Shown: positions 12,501 to 22,087 of the stretch, in pieces
Position numbering within the stretch: position 1 is the stretch's first letter
How the letters are laid out: every line of letters starts with the position of its first letter
The notes under the pieces: generated by a model
Databases searched by the model: none
Told to the model about the DNA's origin: nothing
Seen by the model: the letters and a program-made list of their open reading frames with translations, nothing else
Position numbers and translations under genes: made by a program
NCBI RefSeq assembly: GCF_964204645.1
Contig: NC_134029.1
Coordinates: forward strand, 20,082,950-20,146,949
Source: Tubulanus polymorphus
Taxonomy: Eukaryota; Animalia; Nemertea
Length of the DNA stretch: 64,000 bases
Reading direction: 5' to 3'

Positions 12501-14491
12501 TCTTTCGACAAACCGACGATGAAAATTCGCATCAGCGTGTCCTCGTGAACGGGTACCTCCGACACGGCCCTTATCATCAGTCCGCGCTCCGATTCCGTAG
12601 GCCAGTTATCCTTATTATAGTACTGCTCCGGCTTTTCCAAGAACACAAGCTTGTGCAAACACAAAAGGAACTCGGCGTTTTTCAGGGTCGTCAGCTTCGG
12701 TACGATCGTGTGAAGCCAGCAAACCGAATCGCGTTGGATGCCGGCGATCTGCTGTTGAAACGATGTCAACGTCGCCAGCTCGCGGAAATCGCCGCGGTCA
12801 TACGCGGTGATTGTTTCTTTGATGTGAGGCGTCACCGACAACAAGCAGGTCATACACACGAGATCGACGATTGACAGGATCAACCGCTCTTTGAACATCG
12901 TTTCCAAATCGGCGAACTTCGGCTCCGAGCGTTCGGCGAGCAAGCCGAGCACGAACGCCGCGAAGTTCATGTCGTACTTCAACGTGCGCACGATCTCGCG
13001 TAACAACGCGCGCAACGCTCGCAGGTAATCGTCGCGATTGATCAGGAAATCTTGGAATATTTCGGCGAGGATTTTCGCCGCTGTGTCAGGAGTGTGCTGA
13101 AACACGACCGATATGATACCCATGTTGTTCGGGTTGCGAGCGCTCGACAGTTCGTTGTAGATCGTGTGCGTCAGCAGGCTGCGCACGTGCACCGGCGCCT
13201 GGATGATGATCTCGCGAATGCAACCGAGGTAATGATTGATCAACGGCTTCGTTTTCATGCGGATCTTGATGATCTGCGCCAAGATCTCCTGCGTCGCGCC
13301 GCAATTCATACAAACCGACATCAGCAACTCCTGTGCTGGTCGCGTCAGTTTCGGATTCTGCAGCCACATCTCGAGGCGTTGCGCGGCCATTACGCGCACC
13401 TCGTTGTAGCCGCATGTCGCGATCATCAGTTTCAGGAAATTACGCGAGATGTTATCGAGACCTTGACCTCGCCGAGTCAAATGCTCTTTGATCGTGTCGA
13501 CGACGAAGTTCTCGACGACCGTCTGCTGATAGATGTACCGCGGGAAAACAACGATGTTCTTCAACTCTTCAGCTGTTTTTACGAAGACGCCACTCGCTCC
13601 GCCGCTGACCGTTTTATCGCCGGTATCGCTATCTGTCGCTTCTTCATCCGGGTACGACGTAAACATAATCGGACTCGAACAAGACGACGACGATTCGGCC
13701 GGTTTGATCGCGAAATTCTCCGATTTCGGCGGTAATTTCGTATCGAACGCCGACTGGATATTATCGACGAACCCCTGACAGTCCTCGCGGTCGACCCAAA
13801 TACGTTCGCCGAGCGAATCTTCGATGTACACTTTCAGAAACTGGTCGGGCCAGTTTTCCTCCTCTTGAAACGCGGCCATTAACACGTTACAAACGAGAAC
13901 GGGCACGAGCGCGTTTCCTTTCGTCTTAAAGTTGATACCGACGTCGCGTTTCAGTAAACTGCACATCGCTTCGATTACGACGTCGCTGTCGAACAGTTGC
14001 TGACGAGTTTTAGCCAGACACATCAACGTCAGGAATACGGCTTGATTCGGTTTCGTGCGGTTATTTCGTAAATGTTTGACGGCGCCGCACAGAAGCCCCT
14101 CGAGTTGTACGTCGTCGCCGGTCTCTTCGGCCGATTCAATCGCGTTGTACAAATCCTGAGGATCGACGTCGATCGCGTTTTCATACGTGAACGTTTGCGT
14201 CTGAGGGGCCGGGGAACCCCGACGGTCCGTATCCGGTCTACCGAGCGGTGTAAATGTTTGAGAACCCAATAGTTTTGGTCTCTTGGCCGCCGAACCGCAA
14301 GTATGCTGAGCCGGCTTTTCGCGTTTCATTCCGCTCGTGAGTCCAGCTTTTTTCGGTAGAGCGGAAGGCGGTCTCAAATCGACTTCGCTCGAAGACCTCG
14401 GTTTGGAACCTAAAGCGATTAAGTCTCCAGGCGGAAGGTGACCTTTTTGTTTGCCACCAGGGCGTCTTGTCATTGGTTTTCCACGCTCCAT
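9545..14491 (-). CDS. INTS1: Integrator complex subunit 1; single-exon CDS of 1648 aa, apparently lacking the C-terminal region
   Basis: Uninterrupted ORF with INTS1 motifs PPGDLIALGSK, KVYIEDSLGERIWVD, RLEMWLQNPKLTRPAQELL, NELSSARNPNNM, IIQRQGTSQSMPWLAELV, VLPVQCLCEFLL, DTSEEALLLPDWLKLRLIRS, VQSFGIPVSSMSKLL and LVDWLELLDP. Probable 5'UTR intron at 14594-14945; minus-strand AATAAA at 8980-8985. Confidence 0.95.
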   Translation of the reverse strand: MERGKPMTRRPGGKQKGHLPPGDLIALGSKPRSSSEVDLRPPSALPKKAGLTSGMKREKPAQHTCGSAAKRPKLLGSQTFTPLGRPDTDRRGSPAPQTQTFTYENAIDVDPQDLYNAIESAEETGDDVQLEGLLCGAVKHLRNNRTKPNQAVFLTLMCLAKTRQQLFDSDVVIEAMCSLLKRDVGINFKTKGNALVPVLVCNVLMAAFQEEENWPDQFLKVYIEDSLGERIWVDREDCQGFVDNIQSAFDTKLPPKSENFAIKPAESSSSCSSPIMFTSYPDEEATDSDTGDKTVSGGASGVFVKTAEELKNIVVFPRYIYQQTVVENFVVDTIKEHLTRRGQGLDNISRNFLKLMIATCGYNEVRVMAAQRLEMWLQNPKLTRPAQELLMSVCMNCGATQEILAQIIKIRMKTKPLINHYLGCIREIIIQAPVHVRSLLTHTIYNELSSARNPNNMGIISVVFQHTPDTAAKILAEIFQDFLINRDDYLRALRALLREIVRTLKYDMNFAAFVLGLLAERSEPKFADLETMFKERLILSIVDLVCMTCLLSVTPHIKETITAYDRGDFRELATLTSFQQQIAGIQRDSVCWLHTIVPKLTTLKNAEFLLCLHKLVFLEKPEQYYNKDNWPTESERGLMIRAVSEVPVHEDTLMRIFIVGLSKDLPLNSADALELADKLVERAAALQMEGIPVLNVERLEFFDAVLNACTYHHPENIALPRGYQPPTLAISNLYWKAWDMLLVIAAFNPSTLGRAAWDLYPTLKSLMEMVMTNNYKFPPPTCATDDASIEEIWNNDRQLVAMEKQQILEFEGHLAAATSKVTITENNSLLISQLTSMDPTGPARKPPLWVIDQLKLMNKSLRIGHLLCCSREPDFLMDIIQRQGTSQSMPWLAELVESNEGSLEVLPVQCLCEFLLHESDIGLFQQDDDETGAQKLKKKQKIKKQELLLKRLNALLFSPQSDCKASEEVLDYFMKRLSNQQASSRALAVQGLSMVLCSANPENKDLDSTERRADDLLLSYKWLLNKIPLLTHFASLQPKIALALRQACRVEMDTNAISAYILFLERHRLEPEEPQQLADLCLDLAQLIVERALVMNQVLPGEEKCSKYADNVHAALINIFVRYIRLAKQPKKEAYAWSDKQDQILIQWENGDTVTLHILVVHAMIILLTYGYPNEPSDFSELLETWFPAETLPPSAFLVDTSEEALLLPDWLKLRLIRSATPRLVDGALQDLEASQLLLFVQSFGIPVSSMSKLLNALDCAVETDLPSVEENIVDKSYMAQLIDVQKLRGACGGDKFYSILTPTEEQPQTENWKAMPPKHATLNLDLSKKLPDVAVTFKNVASATKVVQKLFLDEDVAFNHRQSLLKDVQKAIMKNAKVCDVVLSSIHQILQSDDGRRFVQAFLLHTSISSPLLKIITTKQKPPSEMLTSVMAMLLDSAPNCSSPVICLAKRIVGEKIKPASSVVENEPVDGKKLTDGITELNNPRLEEIVKRFISDGLKDGAVNNKSLDVLFDHLKNTEHDSLATGVLVDWLELLDPDGKHPDYLDHSKRITYLLALLIHQSNWSTLQQCIDNMLKDNLPASDKCKSREVLDFLSACMHIPKIWQGCDKKVSKNTFSGDMLHLSIKQIEMLIENIAGELEREETPSA

Positions 14492-14677
14492 TTCACTCTG
14501 ATTTCTGAATCACCACTACTACACCAGCAGCCGGAGAGGGACAGGATCCAGACTTTTTTCGTCTTAGTCTTGTCTTATAGGATACATAATTAACTGCAAT
14601 ATAAAACACAAATATATATATATATCAATTCCATGCAGAACCATTTGAATAATACCATTTGAAATTGTACACACGAA

Positions 14678-14701
14678 GGGTCCTCCTTATAAGGAGGATC
14701 G
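14678..14701. mobile_element. 24-bp TIR-only derivative of the element at 61629-62069
   Basis: Palindrome GGGTCCTCCTTATAAGGAGGATCG flanked by the 8-bp direct repeat CACACGAA (14670-14677, 14702-14709). Its arms match the termini of the full element. Confidence 0.65.
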
Positions 14702-14721
14702 CACACGAATACATTTTAGGC

Positions 14722-14813
14722 TAGTCTGAATACCAGTCGTTGTTACCTGGTTACGGTTCGATTACGACGTCGCTGTCGAACAGTTGCAGGAACAACGGCT
14801 AGGTACTAGACTA
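14722..14813. mobile_element. 92-bp non-autonomous TIR element (TAGTCT...AGACTA) with 9-bp TSD, carrying a captured INTS1 fragment
   Basis: Imperfect TIRs of about 28 bp. TSD ATTTTAGGC at 14713-14721 and 14814-14822. Internal 14757-14787 is identical to 13970-14000. Confidence 0.8.
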
Positions 14814-14949
14814 ATTTTAGGCCTACTAAATAAATTAGGTGAATTTAATTTTAGATTGAATGAAATTTTCTGATATTTAAAGGTTTTTGATTAATTTTTT
14901 AGCTCTATTGTGCAGGAAAATATTCAACAGATTATAAATTCTTACCGGC

Positions 14950-15290
14950 AAAGTTTGACAGATAGCCGCTTTTGCTAGAATTGAAGTAAAAATGGATAAC
15001 ATCATAAATTCGGCCGATTTTGCTTTTTGCACCGCTTTCTACCCGGTAGGTAAAACGCGGAAATGTTTCCAGTCCGAGACCGTGTTTTCTCTATTGCTTA
15101 CGTTGTTGTGCTGTCGCGAAACGATTTGCGGCGGTTCGAGTCCCGAAATTAACATTCAATATCTTTTCCACTGAGTTAGAGGTCAAATCCATTTCGCTTG
15201 TATTTTAGCTGTCCGGTCGCGAATATCAGTGTAAACTTAGTGAGCTTAATCGAAATATATTGGTCCCTTAATAGCTAAACGCTAAAGACT
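14950..15290. promoter_or_regulatory. Putative bidirectional promoter shared by INTS1 and COQ2
   Basis: Divergent genes. A minus-strand donor at 14945 and a plus-strand donor GTGAGT at 15295 (acceptor at 15788) bracket about 350 bp. The interval contains two TCGCGA motifs and an Inr-like TCAGT near 15226. Confidence 0.5.
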
Positions 15291-15926
15291 TCGGGTGAGT
15301 ATGATTTGTCCGGTTTTCCCTGAAATTCAGTGGATCTGGACCTGACCTGTCTTACAACAGTTACAAAATATGTAAAATAATATGACTCCAGCAGGCATTT
15401 ATTACTGATATAATATGATTTCAATTGTTAAAATCAATGAGGAATAAATAAATTTGTTATATTCCATGTCATCTCGGTAAAATACGTCATCTCGGTAATA
15501 AGGATGAACGGTCTGTCCTGTCTGCCCCTGATATTTTCACAAACCACATACGCCCATATATATGGTATAAGCCCATCCGATCACAAAAACCTTAGCACAA
15601 ACGATTAGGTAACTAACTAGAACTGGAAGAGAAGTCAAAAGAGGAATTTCAATCAAATAAAAGGCAATGTTTTTTTCCTCGACACTACACGGATATCTGT
15701 AATCTTCGATGCCACTTGCTGAGTCTTCGTTGGCTCTGCATGAAAATGTCTAAGTAACAAAATGATTTGCGTTATTCTTCGCTTTCAGATTGTCAGGATG
15801 ATCTTCAAGTAAAGCTGACACATCTTCACAAGAATTCCTAGCGATAGCCGTATCAATAACAAAACTGAGGGACCGGGAGGTGTAGCTCACCGTTAGTCTG
15901 AGTTCAGTCTTGAATTTGGAGTAATA

Positions 15927-18900
15927 ATGGCGGCTGTGATATTAACACGAAATTCTTCCTTTATACGGAATCTCAAACACTTACGGATATTTTCTACGTC
16001 GACATTTCGCCGTCGAAATGCGGCGAATTCAGAGCAGAACGGTAGTAGCGAATCGAATTCATCGAAATTCAAATCGAACAGAACGATCTCAGAACGTAAC
16101 GCGGTTATGTGTCGGAGGGATAAACTTTCGGCGAACTTCTTAAAACCTTTAAACAACCGGTTGATTTCGGGATGCGCCGTCGTAAATAATTACCACGGAT
16201 TGAACAGAAATTCGATCGACTACCGAACGACGAAATGTCCACGGGTCGATACTTATCGCGGAATGTTTTCATTGACAAGCGTCGTCGATTGCGCTCCAAA
16301 TAATATCCAGCCATACTTGAGATTGATCAGATTTGACAAGCCCATAGGTAAGCCCAAATTCGAGATTTTCTGTCTTTTTGGATGAAAATACTCATCCCAT
16401 ATTTCCTATCAGTTTTTAGTTCAGGTTTTAAAAAGCTTTGCCCCTAAAAGTGGTGCCAGAAATTGTAGCCCAGTGATTCTACAATGTCAAAATTACTCTC
16501 CCCTCCTAAAATAGAATATGAAAATTTCTGTCACCTGGGTATCTACCACTTAGGCTATATCTTTGGAATAAGTACATCTGCAGCTAATTGATTGGTAGTT
16601 GGTGACCTACCGCGCGGTTGTAGTTGGCGATAAGCTGTTAGGCCTCTATTCACTTGGGCTGATATCATTATCAACCAATTTAGTTTTTGAAATATGCAAT
16701 CATGAACCTTCCCCTACAGAGTCCGGTTTCTGGCTAATTTATCGGGGGGGCTATTTCACACACAGAATTCTAAATCTCGGGAAAATTGTTTGAAATTAGA
16801 AGAATTGGCTCGTGTAACTATCGTTCAGTCTTGTAAATATGATTTTCAATGAATTATGGAATTCAAAAAGGAAAATATTTTCATAAAAAAAACGTCATCA
16901 ACTTTATACTAAATGATTTACAAACATCTGAGAATGCAAGCAGCAAATGGTTGCATACGTATGAAAAAGGACTAATAGGATTGTGCAACCAACTGCACGA
17001 TTTTAGTAAAAAGGTTCGTTTGGGACCTTACCCTAAAATATTTACCTGTGGACTATTTTGTATATTGATAATCTATTTTATAGGTACATGGCTTTTATAT
17101 CTGCCGTGCACGTGGAGTATAGCGATGGCCGCGTCGGCCGGACACCTACCCGACCTGTATCTACTAGCGCTGTTCGGCGTTGGGGCGTTCGTTATGAGAG
17201 GTGCTGGTTGTACGATAAATGATATGTGGGATAAGGATATCGATAAGAAAGTGGCGCGCACGCGGATGCGGCCTCTGGCTTGCAATCAGATTACGCCGTT
17301 TCAAGCTCTAGTGTTTCTCGGCGCTCAGCTTTCGGTCGCGTTGACGATTCTAATGCAACTGAATTGGTACAGGTACGTCGTGTTCCGTGTACTTCATACA
17401 TCACTATTAATCAAACTATAATGATCTGTTTTACCGGTGTTTTTGGAAGCTGACATTCTTCCGACCTTTGATAAGCTTATAGAGTTGATGCACATGACAT
17501 GATACTTTGTTTGCTGGTGGTCAGTGCTGGAGCCAGTTGCTCAAAAGTTGGTAAGAGTTAACCAATAGTTAGTTGACGTAGTGACCGTTAAAAGTTCTTC
17601 GTTACTTTGGTATTTATCTGCCGGTTATCTTTAGCCAACTTTTGAGCAGCTGGCCTCTGGAGGCTTGGCATTACTAAGAACATAAGATAATCTGAACCCG
17701 GTTTTATAGGCTGGTATTAACTTCAGCCTGGGTGCTAACCCCCGGGTTAAAGTTAAACTTTTGAACAACTGGCTTCTGGACCCAGTTCCACAGTGCCGAG
17801 TTAAGATTTAACTCTGATTTAACTCATCGAAAACGAACAAACTTTAACTCAGAGTTAACTCTAACTCACAACTGTTGAACTGGGTCCTGGAGGCTTGGCA
17901 TTATTAAGAACAGAAGATAATCAGGGGATCTATGGTAAACTTCGAGGGTCTGTCATGTAAATCACTTATCGTGATCAGCCATCATTCAATATGGTATGGT
18001 CACACGGAATAGCGCATGGCTACATTTTCAGGATATAAGCTTATAAACTTATTCCATATTTTCAGTGTTTGTATCGATCACTTTCCTAAGCAGTTATTCG
18101 TTAACAGATATTTATTGGATATTTTCAGCGTTCTGCTCGGCGCTAGCTCAATGGGTTTAGTCGTACTTTATCCTTTAGTTAAACGTTACACTTACTGGCC
18201 TCAGATTGTATTAGGTACGTATCGTTAGGAGCAATGTTTAATTCGTCGATAGATAATCTATAATATCGAATCATACTTGTGCATAAATAGCTATGCTTCC
18301 TTTTTTTCGGTTTAAGGTATTAAGACTGCGAGGAAATGTATTTGATATCGTATTTCTGCAAATTTCATAAATGAAAAAAAAAGAAAAAACTTTCCGGCAA
18401 TTTTTGATTTTTCGGTGGAATTTTCCAACAAAAAAAATATCCATTTCATCCCGGCGTTTTCATTCGTTTTTGTTTTGTAAACCTGTTAATCAGGTTGCAT
18501 TTTACTGCGTTTTATTCTCTCAGGTATAACATTAAACTGGGGTGTGTTGTTGGGTTGGTCAGCCGTTCAAGGTTCGTGCGGCCTTGTCGCGCTAACCCTA
18601 TACACATCTAGCATTCTGTGGACGTGTATATACGACACAATATACGCCCATCAAGTGAGTAAGCCCCGCCCCTTCTCGCTTATAGCTATAGGTGCTCTGC
18701 ATATAATCATGTATATTATTTATAACTCGCTTTATACAATGGAGTTCATTGTACTTGTCATGACATTTCAGTTTGTTTTATTTCCATATTGCAAATGAAT
18801 TTCATTCGTTCATTCATCAATAACAGAAAATCATTTCAGAGAAAATATTGAGGGAGAGTCGTTAAACCTATAGCCCACTATGTATATGGGCCGGGGTAGA

Positions 18901-21900
18901 CTTAGTGTGTAGTCTAAATTGTCTAATGCCCAATCAGAAAGCTAAAAGAACAGAGCTGAACACTACACAGTTTCCTGAGATGATACAGTATTTGCGTCGG
19001 TTGTGAATAGCCCAAAATCTGTCAAATATGAACACTGCATGTTTTCATAAGCAAAGCAAAATATCGTTGAACTTCTTCAAAGTTGTTTATTGCTGTAAGC
19101 AATAATTCATTTTCAATTTAAAGCAGGTGACCGCAGCTCTGCTGCTGGAAAAGCTTTATAGTCGAAACATCTAGTAATATGTCTGTAACACCTGTAAGAT
19201 ATCATAGACCCAAACTGTCACCAAATAGTGCTTTCAGTATGTGTGTAGAATCTGTCGTCGAACCCACCTCCCATTAATGTTTACTACATGTCACATCACA
19301 CAGTGTCCCATTAGAAATCATTCACTATTCCATTGCAGCTCCACACTTTTTTTTCGGTTTCAATTTTCAATCGTGAAAAACGGATCTGCAATTGATAGAT
19401 TGGCTGGTCCGGAGAAATACGGAAAGAAAATTCCTCATTCGGTTTAATTTAGGGCATAATTTTGCATTGCTCCTGTTGGTATTGGCTTCGTTTTTTTTTT
19501 CCGCGCTCAAATCTTTCTCGCACAAGATTGCGCTGTCGCTGATTTCCGCGCGTTCTCTGAACAATCCTAATTCTAATCGAATCGAATTTGTGCTTGTTTT
19601 TGTCAGGTATGACTTTCAACTGGGGTGCCCTATTAGGCTGGGCAGCAGTTCATGGAAGTTGTGCGTGGCCGACTGTTGTACCCTTGTACCTTTCGGGCAT
19701 AGCTTGGACTTTAATATATGACACCATATACGCGCATCAAGTGAGTAGAAAATTTCATCAAAACAAAAACAAAATTGCCTTGTTCATCACTGTTTGGAAG
19801 CTTGACTTATATCAGTGTCACGATTCCATTGATGATACGTAATATCGACGGTTTACATCGGCTAGTTCGGTTTTCTGGAAATAACATATTATTCTAGTGA
19901 TTGAATTAATTAGAAAGAGCTAAATGATTCACGTGCCGTGGGTTTCATACTGAAATTGGTGTTGGGTTTTCATATATACGATGTGAAAATATAACCGGGC
20001 ATTACACTATTTTACTTGCGCGCTGTTAATTCTTTGTTGGCTTTTCGCGAATGAAATAGATTCACCCTGATTGGGAGTGGATGTCAATGAATCAAAACCC
20101 TTCACCTCGCCCCGAATAGCTTCTCTTACACGTGCTTTCCTTCCTTTCGAAATATGAAATCTATCATCATCTCAATCACGATGGCTCGCTGCAGATTAAG
20201 AATCGCTGTCCAGCCTAAGGGGTGTGTTCAGAATACGAAAAATAAATACTTTGTACAAATTTCTAAAATGTGACGTTGTAAATCAGCAGCTGCAACCCCT
20301 CTGTGAAATTCAATGGTATCTTTTTATTTTTTTCTTAGCATGGACGTATGATTTTGATTATTCGGCTTCTTTTATTAAGATGATGCATTACGCATAAGAT
20401 CAAATAACTTACTATTCACCCATAAGCTAATTCAGACATTAATGAAGCTTCTTTGCTTGTTATCGGAAATAAATATCGTTACGATTAGTTATTTTGTCTT
20501 CAATAACATGTACCTTATTTTTTTCTTATCATTTATTTGCACAAACAAAGAAACCTTTTTTTCTTTTTTTACTTATTTGTTCGCCGTGCTTTAACTGTCG
20601 CTGCGCAATCCTTATAAGTAACAATTTAGCGTCCATTGAATTTGAAGGCTGTCTTACGATAAATTGTGTTTAGATGATGCAGAGACAATTGGAATTACAA
20701 AATGTATGTCGCGCGAAGAGATGTTGTATCAAATCAGTAAACACAAAGACCGGTATTACTTCGTAGGTTAACTCGATTTTGTTAAAAGTACAAGCTTTTG
20801 CAGCTAGGGCATAGCAGCTTCATCAGGTAATTGAGTGATCACTGACGCGATGAAGCTAGTATGCATTAGTAGCAAAAGCTCATATTTATAATAAAATCAC
20901 ATTAACATCGAAGTAGTACTCAGTCTTTGCGTTTACTGAAATGTATATCACGTGTAGTAAACCTCGCCTAACTCCGACGAACTGGTACTGGAAAAATTGG
21001 TCAGAAGTTAACGAAGTCAGAGTTTAGGATAGGAAAATATGTTAGGAAGCTTGAAAATGATTTTGTTGTTGTCCGAGTTTGCCATGTCCGAGTAAAGCAA
21101 GGTTTACTGTATTACAGCAGCATTTAAAAACCGATTTACATAAAACACCCTTCAAACATCTGGTCTTCGGTGTTTCAAACCATTTCCTCTTATGTTGAAT
21201 GCATTGTTTTCCTAGAAGTTTTTATTTCGATCGTTGAAACTGATTTTCTCGATGCGTGATTGTATTCAAATACTTTTACAGGATAAAACCGACGATATTT
21301 TGATCGGCGTTAAATCAACGGCGTTGAAATTCGGCGAGCAGACGAAATATTGGGTATCCGGATTCAGCGTGGCGATGCTGGGCGGATTGGTATCGGCCGG
21401 ATACATGTGCGATCAGACATGGCCGTTCTATACAGCAGTGGGCATAGCCGGAGCTCATCTAGCTAAACAGGTCAGTTGTCTGCAGGTGTAGGCTGCATTT
21501 GTCTCTGAAACCAGTTCTCCTAAAGCAGGGAGCACACTCGGCGATTTTTCCACCTTCAATAGCGTTTGAAAATTTTACTGGCGATTGAATCCGCAATCAC
21601 GCAGAGATAATTCTGTTCGGGGCAAATTGGCTATTTCACAAATAAAGGTTTTTTCACAAAAAGCGGCCCCCTCGGTTGCCTAATCGAGTCGCTGAAAGTG
21701 CCACCTACTCGGTGCAAAAGAATTGGCAGTTGAGTGCGGGCATTCAGTCACAACGATAATCACCTAGTTTATCACTGGCTTAAACTGATTTCGCTAAGAA
21801 AGTTAATGCAAGCTAAGAAGCTTCATTTCAAAAACTGGCAATTCATCTAGGGCTTGTAATTGCTACCTGCTTATATTGTTCATCTATGTTTTACTCGCTG

Positions 21901-22087
21901 CTTTTTCCAGATTTACACGTTAGATATGGACGATCCCGACGACTGTTTCCGCAAATTCTGTTCTAATAAACAGCTTGGTTTATGGCTGTTCGGCGGAGTC
22001 GTGTTGGGCACGTTGTTGAAGACGTCTGCTGCAGATGAGGAGACCGAGGTATCCGACGATACTGTATTCACCGAAACTGTTAAATGA
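15927..22087 (+). CDS. COQ2: Mitochondrial 4-hydroxybenzoate polyprenyltransferase (UbiA family), about 430-431 aa, with a mutually exclusive exon pair
   Basis: Exons 15927-16347, 17084-17372, 18129-18214, [18524-18654 or 19607-19740], 21282-21470 and 21911-22087, all phase-consistent. Motifs: [79 protein letters not shown]. Arg/Ser-rich mitochondrial presequence. Confidence 0.96.
17527..17890. mobile_element. Cluster of abutting short foldback MITEs (GGGCCAGTTGCTCAAAA and GACCCAGTTCCACAG families)
   Basis: Inverted termini CCAGTTGCTCAAAAGTTGG/CCAACTTTTGAGCAGCTGG and CCCAGTTCCACAG/CTGTTGAACTGGG. The same families occur at 26583-26820 and 3967-4052. Confidence 0.7.
18524..18654 (+). CDS. COQ2: COQ2 alternative exon, variant 'TLNWG' (putative rhodoquinone-type, coq-2e-like), 131 nt
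   Basis: Acceptor ttctctcag, donor gtgagt, open frame. Encodes [44 protein letters not shown]; phase 1 in, phase 0 out. Confidence 0.85.
19607..19740 (+). CDS. COQ2: COQ2 alternative exon, canonical 'TFNWG' (ubiquinone-type, coq-2a-like), 134 nt
   Basis: Acceptor tttgtcag, donor gtgagt. Encodes [45 protein letters not shown]; same phases as the upstream copy. Confidence 0.92.

Noticed and set aside
9623-14272. Many overlapping ORFs of 60-227 aa antisense to, or out of frame with, INTS1 (also at 28105-29182 and 37914-38515)
   Set aside because: Shadow ORFs caused by GC/CpG-rich codon usage; no recognisable motifs.
19525-20612. GATTGCGC/GCGCAATC complementarity around the second COQ2 exon as a docking/selector pair
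   Set aside because: An 8-bp match is expected by chance; it needs conservation evidence.
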